The notes beneath the pieces are model-generated. The model ran no database searches. It worked only from the letters and a program-made list of their open reading frames with translations, and had not been told where the DNA came from. From Marsupella aquatica (taxonomy: Eukaryota > Plantae > Marchantiophyta): a stretch of DNA of 64,000 nucleotides. The stretch covers positions 27,565,561 to 27,629,560 of the forward strand of contig OZ316891.1 of the NCBI GenBank assembly GCA_973895155.1. The letters run 5' to 3'. Positions within the stretch are counted from its first letter, which is position 1; every line of letters begins with the position of its first letter. Shown piece after piece: positions 11,882 to 25,450 of this stretch. The translations under genes and the position numbers were made by a program.

Positions 11882-13049
11882 AATTACCACTCACAGGTTC
11901 CCAAGGAGCCAACAACAGAGCGAGATTGGCAGAAACGGAAGGCCGAGCCTGCACGCCCCCCAAGCAAAGAGAGTATGAGCAGGGCTTGCCGCATGCACAG
12001 CCACTCCACGAAGGGCCAAAGGGGGGTTCATCAGCCAAGGGCGACGACCTCCCCCCCACCACCTGGTGCAGCCGGGCGCAAGGCGCGCACCCGGGCCCTA
12101 ACGAGGCTGAAGCCTCACTGCCCCCCGAAACCCCCACAGCCCCTGCAAGCCTGAGTACTGCCTTAAGTACTGAATTAAGGTACAATTTGAAGCTTTGAGA
12201 TGGATTGCTCTATTAGAAGGAGAACTTTTGAGGAGGGCTTTACATTTGGGGCCAGCATTTAGTAAAGGCCATGACGAGTGAGGGGCAGGCACGGTTACTA
12301 AGTCACTCCAAAACCAATTTATTGTTGGTTTAAGGTGCTTCACATAAATCATCCCCAATTTAAAAATTATTCATTAATTGTTCTTCTTGATATCAGAATC
12401 TTTTATGGGGCAGCAGTACAAGAGAGAGAACACGACAAGCTACTTTATGTTCTTTGTTGGGATCCTCACACAGACCTTTAGTTATAATAAAAACGTATAT
12501 TACTTTTTTTTATCTGGATACAATTGTAATCCTAGAAGCATTTACTACCATTTGGGGAAAATTGTTTAAATTACATTGGAGCAACCTTATAATGGCAATT
12601 ATTTTGATGTTGACTTCAACCTTTTCAATAGAGAAACTTGTCATATAGAAATTATATAGGGATCCCAAAGGGAGGCTCCTTTAAAAATCCCTGGTGGCAA
12701 GGACAACCACATTAACACTATTGATCACAAAGTAACAAGAAAGGCTAGCTGTGCATGAAGAACCAAACCCATTCAATGATTTGTATTTAAGGCAAGAGCG
12801 AGAGAAGCAAGTTAGTAGACCCCATGACAGCAAAAAAAAATGGAAATAAAAAACTAACACCTTAATTTGTAATGTTTTTTGGGGGGAAAACAACTGGGTT
12901 TAGGTTGGCCAGACAAGTACAACAACCACAGTGAGAGACTCATTGGGGGAAAAGGTTTTTGAGGGGTATGATTGTGGAGTTTGAGCTTTCGAGGTCTTGT
13001 TTTCCAATTAGGTGATTAGCTTTCAAATTAACTTCAGAGAAATGTGGTT

Positions 13050-13148
13050 CGTCTGATGATGTGTTGTCAGATGAATTGGATTAACAAGTGTACACAATCC
13101 GTCTGATGATGTGTCATCAGATGAATTGGGTTAACAAGTGTACACAAT
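13050..13148. repeat. 50-bp tandem duplication with internal hairpin
   Basis: cgtctgatgatgtg.tcagatgaattgg.ttaacaagtgtacacaat x2; tctgatga..tcatcaga stem. Confidence 0.85.
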
Positions 13149-13651
13149 GTTAGGCATGTAGTCTTGGGTCTAGAGTTCTATGTAATTGCAACTAGTCTAA
13201 GTATAATCAGTTGCTTGATTATACTAGATAGATACTAATATATTCACTATTCGTTTCATGGTTAGGTCAATTCAGACCTAATAGTCCCAATCATAGGCCA
13301 CTGCTACTGACTAATCTTTTGCCCGGAACATTCTTATTACTTTCTTTACTTTAGAAATCTGCATGATTTGCTTTTGAGGTCTCCTTGCCGTGGGCACAGA
13401 GTTTGAGATTTATGAGCCTCCATTCTCCCCCTTTCACGTCCAAAACTTTGGAATAAATTCAGAGTTGTTTCCCCTTACTTTATACTAGATGATTATTTTA
13501 AGGGTTTAATCATCCACGGTAGAAAGTTCGGCAGCTGTAGCTGAGGTAGGCTTGCTGAAGACCCTTGGTCCAGAGTCAGAAGGCCCTGACAAAAACTAGT
13601 GTGTCAGCATGCTGAACCAGAAATTAATCCAGTTTGCACCCATGCAATCAA

Positions 13652-13759
13652 TAATCTATTCTGACCAGAAATGGGTGCTGTCTAGAATGGATCAGCTGGC
13701 ACCACTCTAATAATCCATTCTGACCAGAGATGGGTGCTGTCTAGATGGGATCAGCTGGT
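13652..13759. repeat. ~59-bp tandem duplication
   Basis: taatc.attctgaccaga.atgggtgctgtctaga..ggatcagctgg x2. Confidence 0.8.
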
Positions 13760-15573
13760 CAGGATTCACTACCACGAGTCTCGTGTGTCCAGATTCCTGT
13801 CAGGGCCTCATACTGGGATATTAAGTTCACACATAACACTACACCTTAAATCTACAATTAATGCATTAATGCTCCCCCATTTTCTTACTGCCCATCCCAA
13901 TCTTTGATGTTGTTACCTGCTCAGGCTCAAGTTTGTCAAAACATAAACCAAGATTATCATTTTGACTCTCGTTCCGGCCCGATCAACTTTGGGTTTATGT
14001 TTTGGCACCCTTCACTTGTTAATTGTCACTTGCTCCAACCCAAGTCCCCATTGTTGCTGCAAGCTCCAGGTTAAGTTTGTCATAACATCAACCAAGATTC
14101 TATCATTAATCATGACTCTAATCAAAATTACTAAGCTTTGCATGAACACTTAGACTCTATTACTAAAGAGGGGACTAAATAGGCATGACTCCATTGGAAA
14201 GAAGTCTTGCCAAAACATAAACCACAACTCCATAGAGAAGAAGTTTTGCCATATTATAAACCACTAGTCCATAGAGAAGAAATATTTGGCAGAACATTAA
14301 ACAAAAATTTATCAATCACGACTCTTAACCAAAACACTAGACTCTGCAACACTTGACTCTTTTACAAAACAAACATGATTCCATTGGACGAAGTGTTGGT
14401 AGAGCATAAACCATGATTCCACAAAGGAAGAAATCAATGGCAGAAAGTTAATTTGGCCAACACCAAGTGAAAGGTGTCAAACAATAATTCTAAGTCTATG
14501 GGACAAGGTTGATGGGGCCGGCGAAGTAACAAAATGGTACAGTTTTGGTTCATGTTTGGGCGAACTCAAGCCAGAGCGAGCAACAGCATCAGGGACTCGG
14601 AAGGCAGTGTACGAGGCTCCAAGAAAATGTGGGATCATTATCACATTGTGACAGTGTGGCCCCATTGAGGTGAGTGCACCTTTGAATCTAAAAATTCAGT
14701 CCATTGGTTGGTCCTTTATGGCTTAGTCTCCTAAAAGAAGCTTTGGAGTTATATCCTCACTTCGGGCAGTAGCTATGCAACATTGTAAGCCGAGACATTT
14801 GACATACCAAGCCAACACGACACAGATCAATCAGTCACACTTGTTCATGCCATGAGTCCAATGCTTTGAAAGCATGCAAGAAACAAATGAGCACTACGAA
14901 CACCAGGGGAAATTCTAATCTGCCCCACAGTTGTGGCACGAATATGAAGGTGCCATGGTTCCAATCCGTAGACATTTATCAATTAGCTGGTCCACTTTCT
15001 TGCTCTACTGGACCTACCTCACATTACTTTTCGCCACTCTACTCGGTAGTACTCAGCTGAAAGAATGAGCTAAGGAGCACACTACAAACCTCCTCTGCAT
15101 CAGCGTTGGCTATTCCAGAGGCCCAAGCTAGTCGGAGCCATTAAATTTGTTTGGACTGTCAAGAGAAAGTAGTGAACAGAGATTTTTGAGAATGAATCTC
15201 CAGAAAGGGGTTTAGAAGGAATAGAAACAGTCACTTGGCTCTACACATAACATGTCCCACGTTCATGTGTTCTAGAATATCGGCAGCAACTTGCTAAACC
15301 CCTATAAAGTTTCGAGTTGGAAGAGTCCTTCCCCTTTTCTTGACAATTATTGAGCACCTAGAAAGTTTGGTAAAAAGAGAAGACACAGAAGAATGCGTAG
15401 AGCAGAGGATTTGAGATAATTCTACACAGCTCGAACACCAGAAAAATGCCATGGCCAGTGAAATGCGTTGCAAGAGTCCTACAGACACGGGATGAAATAG
15501 GGGAAGGTGCAGGCGCGGGAAAGACTGGAATTCCATGATGCACATCAGATAGCACTAGGTGACCAGATGTCCC

Positions 15574-15610
15574 GGAGAGGAGAGGAGAGGAGAGGAGAGG
15601 AGAGGAGAGG
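15574..15610. repeat. (GGAGA)n microsatellite
   Basis: About 7 direct units. Confidence 0.9.
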
Positions 15611-16154
15611 GTATCGAACTTCGACAATGGGGCAAGCTGGCTACTGGAGTTCGATTGGCCACGTATCTGGGGAGAGAAGCACTGGTACTAGAAAAAATAA
15701 GACCTGTAGTTTACACAAACCTACCCAACCAGCTAAAATGTCTAACGTTTCTGAATACAAGATATAAATCCAAAAGACGGTCTACGGCATAGACACAATC
15801 TTTTCAAGATAACAAACTACCTACTAGATCTATCGAGATCTTGGGAGTGCATACTATGTCCTTCGAAGATGGGAGGAGAAAGGTTATGCATCCGTAGGTC
15901 AACTCCTGCAAGCGAACCTGGAAACGAGTCACAACTACAAGCTACCTTGTTCTATATGACAGAACCTTGACCCCAGTATGTACCAAGTTCGGCATGTTCA
16001 ATATGCCGAGTTGCCGGCCCAACGTGCTCACGCTTTGAGATCTTTCAACTACCAGTTTTCCAGTAGTCAAAATTGCCGGGTGCAGCAAATTTTCTCCCTC
16101 CCGTCTGGACAGAGGTCCATTTTGGACAAATTATACTGTACAGACCTTGTTAGT

Positions 16155-18276
16155 TCAGCATTCGGCACTGACAGTGGAAGCAACGGAATGTGCCCAAAAC
16201 TTCAGATGTGCTTTCATATCCACGTCACTACTAATATTTAATGGAATCTGTCCGTTTTGCAGAGGGGAGTCTGGATGTCTGGTTAATTTCTTTGGAGAGT
16301 GGAACTTCGATCGATGAGGCGGCTTGTTGGGAGATTGTTGTCGCGAGTCCTCTCTACCCATGTAGAATATCAGACCAGGAAACTCCTTGGTAGCCGGAGG
16401 GGTGTAATGATTTTTGGTGGAATTCAAATCCAAACTCGTGAACTCATCATACTCGCATTCCGTTAGACATATTGAAAGGTGTTTTCGGTCCTTTCTCCTC
16501 CTTCTTGCAGGAGCTCCTGGCATCGAGCTGCAATCATGTTTTTGGACCCTCCTCCGCTCCTTGTCTGAAGACCCAACTTCCAGCTTGCCCGCATGCTTTT
16601 CCAGCTTTGTAAAATTGCGGATCTATTGATCAAAATTCACAAGCCAAATTTCTTGTCAGTTCATTTGCCCACACCCCAGGAGAGTGGAGGATGAGTTCAC
16701 CATTGCAATCCATAATTCAGTCCCATATACCAAGTTGTAAAACAAGTTCAAAAGCTACTTGCTGCTAAAGACCTTTCCTAAACTCAAAACATTCTTCAAA
16801 AGCAGATCGGTTCGCGTACAGTGTGCAGATGAGGTAGACTGGACGGTAGAGTGGTGCGATAGAACAGGAAGAGCAATTAGCGAATGATAGGATTTCATGT
16901 CCTTGCGCTATGAATCTGAAATCCCGTGCCCACAAAAGATTATTCTCTACGTGTTTCTTCGATTAAAATACCAAATTCCCCTCCACTGACGCGTCACCTG
17001 ATCATTTCTATTGCCTAGATTATATGTCAAATTCTGTCCTTCCAACCCACGTCACCGATCGAACTTGATATCTCACTACTATAACAGGGGCAAATGAGTA
17101 ACAACATGAATGGTATAGTGTTTTGACTACGGGTCATAAAACAGGCTAATTGGCAGAAATATCCCTGACCTACCTCAGTCAGGCTCATATAAGTCATTAG
17201 TTTCTGTGTTCAGAAGTGCTGGAACCCAGTTGACTATGTCGTGGAAAGTAGTGCAGAACGAATATAGAGTGAGCTCTAAACGGTTCTTGTCAATGAGCTC
17301 CAAATGATTCAAGGGAAGGGCAAGTGACCCAAACGGCGAGTGTTTCGACTTCATATAAAGGAAATGGAGCAGCAACGCATGGAAGATATACAGGGGATTC
17401 CTATAGTTTCAGAAAAGAGGAGAGCCACTTTGGGGATAACGGGGTGTTTTGGTATGTCTCACTCGAATCTATGGATGAGAACATAGCTGCTTCTCGCTAA
17501 GTGTACCTCTGTGAGATTCTGGACCAACCCACCTTAGATTGCTTGTCGCTGAATTGCTGAAGAGCTTCCGGGGGATCATTTGACTGAGTGCGGAAGTGGG
17601 GACGGTGCCTCTGCTCCCCATCAGAGAGAGAGGTTTTGTTGGCCAAAAAGACTCGGGTCAGCTTCCGCAATGTAGACCCGGGAAGGCCTGCTGGATCTCT
17701 ATTGGTAGAGAAGGAATTGCCCGAAGTGCTGGCCATTTCAATAGTGGGGAACAGATGCTGTTGGCTGCTGGACCCCAAGATTGAAGTCCGAATTCCCACA
17801 GGTGGTCCCAAAACGAGCTCGGAATCAGGGAGATTTGTGGGGACCCACGCCGTCAAATCACTGGCTGTCGGTTGCCCTTGCCGACCTTTGTCTCCTCCTC
17901 CACCTCCGGACCACGAAAGGGTGCTGCAGACGCCCCACCATCCCGAAATGGCCACCACGTTCTCCTCAAACCATCCTTTCTCCAGCCTTTCAATCAAAAA
18001 CGAACCGGGATCAATTAGGCATGACGTCGTCTCCTTCACCACTGAAGCAGTGAATGGAGAGACGGGAGGAGACACAACAAACAGCCGCTGTTGCTGCTTC
18101 CGCTGGTGTTCCACTGGAGCCGCCGCCGACGTGGAAGAATCCTCTTGTCCCTCTCTACAAATTGGGGACTTGGGCGAGGCAGGGTTGTCGCTATTCTCTG
18201 CAGTCGATGGTGAAGCTGCTCTAAAAGGTTTGAGGAACGAGAAAACACAGGAGAAGGCCGATGACTTTACTGCCAT
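16155..18276 (-). CDS. DUF1685-like plant protein; proposed exons 18276-17533 and 16622-16155 (~403 aa)
   Basis: C-terminal DMKAHLKFWAHSVASTV and CLTECEYDEF..LD..FPGL motifs; donor AAG|GTGGGT and acceptor ATAG|ATC join in phase 0; exon 1 assignment is less certain than exon 2. Confidence 0.7.
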
Positions 18277-20222
18277 GTCTTCCAATGTCACTTCTTCTCC
18301 TTCTCTTCTTCTGACCTCTCTTCTCGGGCAGCTTGTTGGATTCTTAGATCACAGATTCCAATCTTGGACATCCTGTTTCACTTAGAAGCCCTGATGGCTC
18401 TGAATTACCTTACGAGCTTTAGAGTCCCCTCCCAACACCCTCTTGCACCTCCTCTCTATTGTTTCCCACCACCGCCGTACCCACCCATCACTTCTCCTTC
18501 CCGCCTGCTGCTGCAACAGCTGCTCTTCTCCTCAATCCACATCCAGCACCACCTGCTGCTCTCTTCCTGATGATCTTCTTTGTTGCCTGCCTTCATTACC
18601 ACCATCCTCATCGTCCTCCATCGCTTCTCTCGGCCCTTCCTCGTCCTCATCTCTCCTCCTGCCGCTCCTCCTCCTGCACGAATCCCTTCTTCCGCAGCAT
18701 TGGCTCCTCTCTAGCTCTCTCGTGCAACTAATTTCTCGTCTCTCCCCTTCAAGCTCACTCACCCACCCATATACGAACAAGAATCCACATCCCACCTTTG
18801 ACCTTTCCTTCTTTGGGGCTACAAACTTTCAAGCGGCTGCCAATTGCAACACCACTGCTCATGGGCGGGTCCAGATCCCCTTTCTCTGTTACTTCCATCC
18901 ATTTCCATCCATCTCCGCCATAGCCTCCCCTCCCGTCCCCGTCACGTGTGCCCCCTTCTTTACCGTTGGCTTCTACTTTTACTTTACTGATAGAGTCGGG
19001 TTACAGTAGTGTATTGTAATGTAATGTCGGAGAGTATCGTGGTCAGCCTGCTCCTAAACATTACCGTAGTGATATTTGAATCCGCTCAATAAATCATCTA
19101 AAAAATTGTCAAACAAATTGAACCTTTTAGTCCCTGCAAAGGTGCAAATACCTTGGAGAAAAAATTCAATACCTGTGTGTGCAGGAGGGCAATTTGGAGA
19201 TGAGCTTGTATCATAAACTGGGAAGGCTTCTTTCCTTGAACAAATCTCAGCACACTGCTCAGGCCTGCGATTGCGATGCATTTCATGACTTGCCTGATGC
19301 TCAAGAGGGGAGGTCTCAAAAAGTGAATCATTGCAGAATGGACCTGAATCACTACCGATTCTTTTACGGACGCCTCGTGCTCGACTTTTTCAGTTAGTGC
19401 CACCTCGTCCGTGAGTAGCAATGCAGAGCTGTGTGGGGCATTCATCCTAGATCCTTGCTTGCATGCAGAGAGGTACAGATTGGACACGAGGAAAGCAATC
19501 TCTAGCAGCCAGACGCTGCACAGGCGCACTTTTCAATGGAAGGGGCGTGCACAAACGCATTGCGTCATGTAAAAAGACTTGCGAAGTACTTGAACTGAAC
19601 ATCTATCCGAAAGCAGCGAGTTCCACATCACTTTCTAGCGTGAGGTCACGAGTCCCTTCCAAAGTTTTGTTCGTTGGGTGGCTGATGGGACTCTTCGTGT
19701 TGTGGTGCAGCTCTGGCATCCGGGTACCCTCTGCTTACGGAATATCCTCAGAGCATAGCATCAGACTTCCACTATGGGGTGAACTTAATTAAGCTCAAGC
19801 CCATTCTGTGCCCTTCCCTCTGCATTTTCCAAGTGCCACAGTTCTCGAGATTGCAAAGCAGGACCCTGTTGAGAACATCGTTGCTCCCGCTCTTTGATCA
19901 GACTTTCTCCAATTCAGTCTAGTTTCCCGAACATCGTGCGAAGCACAGGGTTGAGGAGCCCGAATTGTTCAAGAAGCAGGAAAAATCATTTCCGTTTTGC
20001 CTCTTCCTAACAGGAACTGAATGTCCATAAATAAACCTGTCTCTGGACAAATTGAAAGAATCATACCAGTAGGAATGTCCATATGGGCGGTGGATATCAT
20101 CCGTTCCTCTGACTTTTATGAATGTTCACTTTTTTTACTTTTTTACTTTCGGGTTCAGACAGACTAGTCAACAATGTGGACTGTGACCAAGCCTCTAGTA
20201 CGAATGACATTCCATTATTCCA

Positions 20223-20460
20223 GGGAATAGTCTTGCTAAATAGCCCACAAAGATGTGCAGCAGGCTCTTGGTGGAGTGGTAGCACAGTTGGGTGGGGAGG
20301 GGGAATAGTCTTGCTAAATAGCCCACAAAGATGTGTAGCAGGCTCTTGGTGGAGTGGTAGTACCACAGTTGGGTGGGGAGGGGGAATAGTCTTGCTAAAT
20401 AGCCCACAAAGATGTGTAGCAGGCTCTTGGTGGAGTGGTAGTACCACAGTTGGGTGGGGT
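20223..20460. repeat. Three near-identical 78-81 bp tandem units
   Basis: gggaatagtcttgctaaatagcccacaaagatgtg..gttgggtgggg at 20223, 20301 and 20382. Confidence 0.95.
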
Positions 20461-23400
20461 GGCACAGGTTGAGGGTTCAAATTTTGCGGGTAATCGCTGT
20501 CACCAACCCCACCCAAAAGTGGGGTTCAGACGCGCTTTTGTGACTCGTCAAAAAATGTTGATTTTTTAGTTTTTGTGGGCAGCGTAAAGGTGCGAGCGGG
20601 CAGTGGCCGTTACAAATGTCAATAATGACATTCCAGGGAGTAGTCTCGCTGAATAAACCCTTTGGGAGTGCATAACAACAGCAATCAATAATGTCATGCG
20701 TGAGTTACCAAGCGCACATTTTGTGGTACTACCGGTAGCATGAATGCTGAGCTTTGCTCATAAATAAATGGTGACGGCGATGGTGCCCCAAGACTCAAAA
20801 GTAGATGGGGAGTGGTGCTGGTGCTTTGCTCATCAATTAGTTAGTGGACCCTTAGCTATATTGTTTAGGGTTTATGTGAGTAAAAACAATGTGTGTAAAC
20901 TTAGTTTTATCTCAAGTTGTGAGAATACCACTTTCCCAGGATCAGTTGAGAAGACTACTTTTCTCAACACGATCACTTTTGTTCAAGATGAAAGTCAACA
21001 ACGGTGTTTGCATGCTCTGATGCACCGCAAACTCGTTCATTTGTAGTTTGAATACAAAAGCCACATCGTATTCAAAGAAACTACATATAGTAACGCTTGG
21101 GACATATATTGACTCTTGGAAAATTCCTCTTGGTTCTAAAAATGAGACAAGCACCAGATAATTGTAGAAATTTTTGGCACATGGGTAAATTTCAAGGATT
21201 CCCTAACTCTATACTCCACTTCAAAAGTCACACCTTGGTGAGTTGAGAGATATACTTAATGGACCTCCAAAAGTAACTTTTTTACTTAACAGACCAAAAG
21301 ATGTAGATTCTCTCCCAGTGGGCCTAAAGTTTCAGATTCACTCTCAATAGATCTCAGGGCCCACTCCATACAACAATGTTCTTGTGAAATGCTTTACCAC
21401 ACAGTTCAGGTTCAGTGAGAATTCTTGCATATAGTAATGCCCCGGTAACAGAGAATTGTGGGACATAGTGCCCCCCAGAATGCCCTCAGGACACGACTTT
21501 AATGCACTTAACAGCCTGGCTTTTTGTTTTTACTTATTAGTGAAAGGAGGGGAAAAGTTTTATAATGACTCAGTCCAAATTTGATGCAAATCTGGACTGT
21601 GCATTCTTCTATGCAAAGCACCAAAAAATCAGAAAGAGAAAATCACAAAGGGTGTTAAGTTTATAGAATGGTATTTGAAAAGAGAAGGGTTGCGGGTATG
21701 AGAACCTAACAATCCTGAAACAGACAATCCTTGGAAAAGAGGTACATTGACTCTTTGTAAGAGATTCTATTTCTTTTACACTGAGGTTGAGACTGCCTTG
21801 TTGGTTGATGTGATCGGGAACCATCCTCCCTAAACAAACATCACTTTCAAACTTTAAGGTTCAAACTTGCTTGGATGTATATATAACACACTGAAACAAA
21901 ATGTGCCTAACTGGGTGACAGGATCCCAAAGGCAAGAGACTCAATAAAGGGGAACAACCCCAATACCAACAAGCCAAAAACCCAAGTGCCCCCCCCTACA
22001 AGAGTTCCAACAGAAAAAGCCTATAAAACTCTGGGGTGAATTACAGTTAGTTTTGCTCTCCTTGTATCCGTACTTTTTCTCAAAATTCATTAATTTTCCC
22101 TTTTTAATTTTATGCTCAATCTTGCTAGCTTTAATTTTCAAATGATGTGCACTGCAACACAGACTTTATTTTTCCAGGCACTTCAGACTAGTATGCAAAT
22201 AAAACCCTCCTCCCATGTGCAAAGTTTTTGGGCTGTACTACCATGAGTTTGCCCTGAAATATTCAGGGCAACATTTAGTATGTCCTAGACGGCAATTAGT
22301 CACTAAGTTTGCCAGTGTTTACAAAGTCATTTTTGTTGTTGAGAAACAAGAATGGATGTAACATAGTAAAATTCTCCTAACTAAGGCAATTTCAGAATTA
22401 GTAGAAAAAAATTGTTTTATGCTTAAGTGTACAAAGGTGAGGAGAACCTCTATTCAGGGAATTTTGCTATGTGTGGGGATATTCAAGTATCATTTTTCCA
22501 ATCTTGGGTACTGTCAACTCCAATATTGGTTGGAGAAGTCCGAAGTAGTAGGAAAAGATTGTGTCACGCTTAAGTGCATGAGGGTGGAGGAGAACCTCTG
22601 TTCAGGGAATTTTGCACCTCTGTTCAGGGAACTTTGCTTTGGATTTGAGGTTTTGTGACTTGCTCTATCTCTTCTGGCTATTGGTAGAGTTCCTACTTTA
22701 GTGGCTCATTGATGTAAGTTTTAATTTGAAATACTTTGGGATTTTCCTCTACTAAACTCCAGGTTTGCTGCGGTTGGGTTTGCCTTATGCTATGAAAGTG
22801 ATTCACTTGAGTTAAATAAAGAATAAGTAAATAATTTAAGAATTGAATAAAATTATAAAATGACAAAATTGAATAGAAATAATCAACAAATAAATTGAAT
22901 AAATGGAAACAATAAATAAACTGAATGAAATTGAACAATGAATAAATTGAATAGAAGTAATAAGAGTGTGATCAACAACATACGTACTTAGACCAAAAAA
23001 TATTGTGAGTCTAATATCTATTCTAGAGTCTAATATTTACAACACCCACATTGCTTCAGTAATTTTTTGAGAGAGAATCTTTTATAGCCTGTTCTACCTC
23101 TACCCAATTTGCCTTCAGTTGGCATTTGCAAGGCCTAACAATACAAGGTTCCAAAACTGATTGTTGAAAGCATATGCCAAAACAAGCTTCAAATATTGCA
23201 CTATAATTTTTTGCTCCTGGAAGGAGCCTGCCATGTGTTGAACTATGACATCTTCCTTCATGACAATCCAATCATTACTCATTCCATGCACACATAGTCG
23301 ACACAATCTCTACATGGTTCATCTCTTTTCTAAGGCTACGTCCACATGAACACTCAAGCTTTACTTCAAGAGTAGACGAACACACATGCTCTCCCTCTTC

Positions 23401-23678
23401 CTCAAGTTGCTCCGTTACAATGACCTTTGCAACGTTACATTGCAAGACCGCCATAAACTTTGGTTCAATAGTCATGTACGCCTCACTGCAAATCTTGTTT
23501 TTTGATCTTAAGTTCTGGTATTCATACTCTATGTAGCTGAGGAGAGTCGGGTGAAGTGTTAAATAATCCACTCCTTTAATTTCATGAGCCTTAAATCAAA
23601 CCTACTAGTGGGGTGTTTCCGGGGGTGTTTCAAAGTCTGCCATTAACAAGATAAGACCCTGCCAAAACTCAGTGTTAC

Positions 23679-24105
23679 GGGAACTCCCGTAAAAGTTATG
23701 GGAGTCGATCTTCAGCTACTGTAAGGAAAGCCCGCGAACTCAACACTTAACCTGAAACTTTCTTGCAACTTTAGGCACAAATACAAAAATACAAATATCC
23801 AAGATTCCGGAACTCCGGAAAGCAGCAACTGAAGGCACATGGGCTTTGCGCCTGACATGATGATGGCTGTCGCATTTGAGGTGGTGGCTGATCAAGAATG
23901 GAAGGAAAAAAGAACATTGCCTATGAAACAGGTGAGCCTATAACTATTCTCTTATGGGGTGGGTCAATGCTACCTCCCCCCATTTTCAAAATTCTATAAC
24001 TAGATCCTATAATTGGAGTCAATATGGGATATACCACAAATAGATATACTTTCACTAATGGCACTTTCACTAATGACTCACTTTCACTAATGACCCAGAT
24101 TTGAG
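23679..24105. repeat. Dispersed ~350-430 bp repeat, copy 1 (copy 2 at 45728-46078)
   Basis: Collinear gggaactcccgtaaaa.ttatg, caactgaaggcaca, ggctgatcaagaatgga, gggtcaatgctacctcccc, actttcactaatgacc. Confidence 0.85.
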
Positions 24106-25312
24106 ACCTTCTAATGGAATCTAAGTCCTATCGACAAAGCAATATTCTGTACAGAGCCGTAATGATGGGCATTTCAACACCTGATGCCAATCCCAATAAA
24201 TTCTTTGTCTTTGCTTTACAACCTGGCTAAATCCCAACTCTGCTGACGTGGATGCTGGTTTTCCTGCAAATATCGTAGAGTCATGACCATTTATGTTGTT
24301 GTCACTGAAGATTTCCGAAAATTATTTACGGACCCCAGTAGAGGTCCCTTCCAAAATTCCTGGCACCACAGCGTGCCACGTCAATAACAACCGCAACAAA
24401 CGAGACTTGTCGGTTTTGTGAATTAAACTTATAGTTTTCATTAGTGTTTGTGTCAATTTGGGTGTAAATTTTGGGATGTCGTGCCGTAAAAAGAAAAGTA
24501 AAAACATTGGAAATGCAACTTAGAGCAAGACGGTTAAAACTGTCACTATGTAACTATTTTAGTTACATTTCCAATTTTAAACTAAAATTCAAAGATTTAT
24601 AAAAAGTATTTTTCATATAATAAATAATGACTAATAACTAATTTGATAACTTCCTTGTTAAACCGCAACTCCCGGTATGTAAGAACCTCTCGTATTGTAT
24701 GGCCATTAATGCTGGGAAGAGCACATAGAAACCCAGGATCGGGGAGGAGGAATGACTAGAATCTTGAAAGTTCATCGAATTTTATACCCAGTCGTAGATC
24801 TCATTGAGATCTTTCTTTTGCACCCTAGATCGCCTTCTAACATGCATGAATAAGATTTCTAGAGGCATTACAAAATGGACGGCAAAGATCGTAAAATCAA
24901 CAAAATCGACGGCTAGGAAGGCTTGGATTTGTTTAATTTTTCATTTGAAAAATATTAACCCATTTGCAAAACGGACAGAACCCATCCATAGATCTATTTG
25001 AGATGTTTCTTTTGAGCCATAGATTGGTCACTATGATGGACGGACGAGATTCTCGAAGATAAGAAATGGAGACGGCTCAGATCGACTCTTCCCCCTGATT
25101 TTATTAGCCAAGGGGTCCACAAACTAATTCCTCTTTGAAGTATAAGATAGAGAAAGCATGCAAGCTACAGTAGCCAACAATCTCAGTTGACACTTCTCTA
25201 CAACAAGGTATAGTGCATGGGATTCAAGTCACCCCGAATCTTTTGCCGCTACATCTATTGCTTCTTCGTCCATGACCTTGGAATTGTTACACCCGTGTTG
25301 GAACAGTGTGGG

Positions 25313-25450
25313 GAACAGTGCTTGCATGAGATGCGCGATGTTATTGAACTGTATGAAGAAGCTTCTGGGGCGTCCTTAAATCTAAAGAAAACATGAGTCA
25401 TCCCAGTAGCTCCGAATTCAATCCCTGACTGGCTTTCCAATAAAGGCTAG
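25313..25450 (+). pseudogene. Short L1-type reverse transcriptase fragment
   Basis: Reads EQCLHEMRDVIELYEEASGASLNLKKT*VIPV..IPDWL, resembling the YE.ASG..LN..KS motif of plant L1 RT. Confidence 0.65.

Noticed and set aside
11560-12198. Several overlapping ORFs in a GC-rich patch
   Set aside because: Low complexity, spans microsatellites; probably a TE-derived non-coding segment
17588-18385. 265-aa plus-strand ORF
   Set aside because: Antisense shadow of the DUF1685-like exon 1; non-ATG start and no recognisable motif
19054-19792. ORFs of 72-143 aa upstream of the DUF1685-like gene
   Set aside because: No motif or splice chain found; likely promoter or UTR sequence
23056-23571. Chain of short minus-strand ORFs
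   Set aside because: Could be a decayed TE protein, but no domain could be identified
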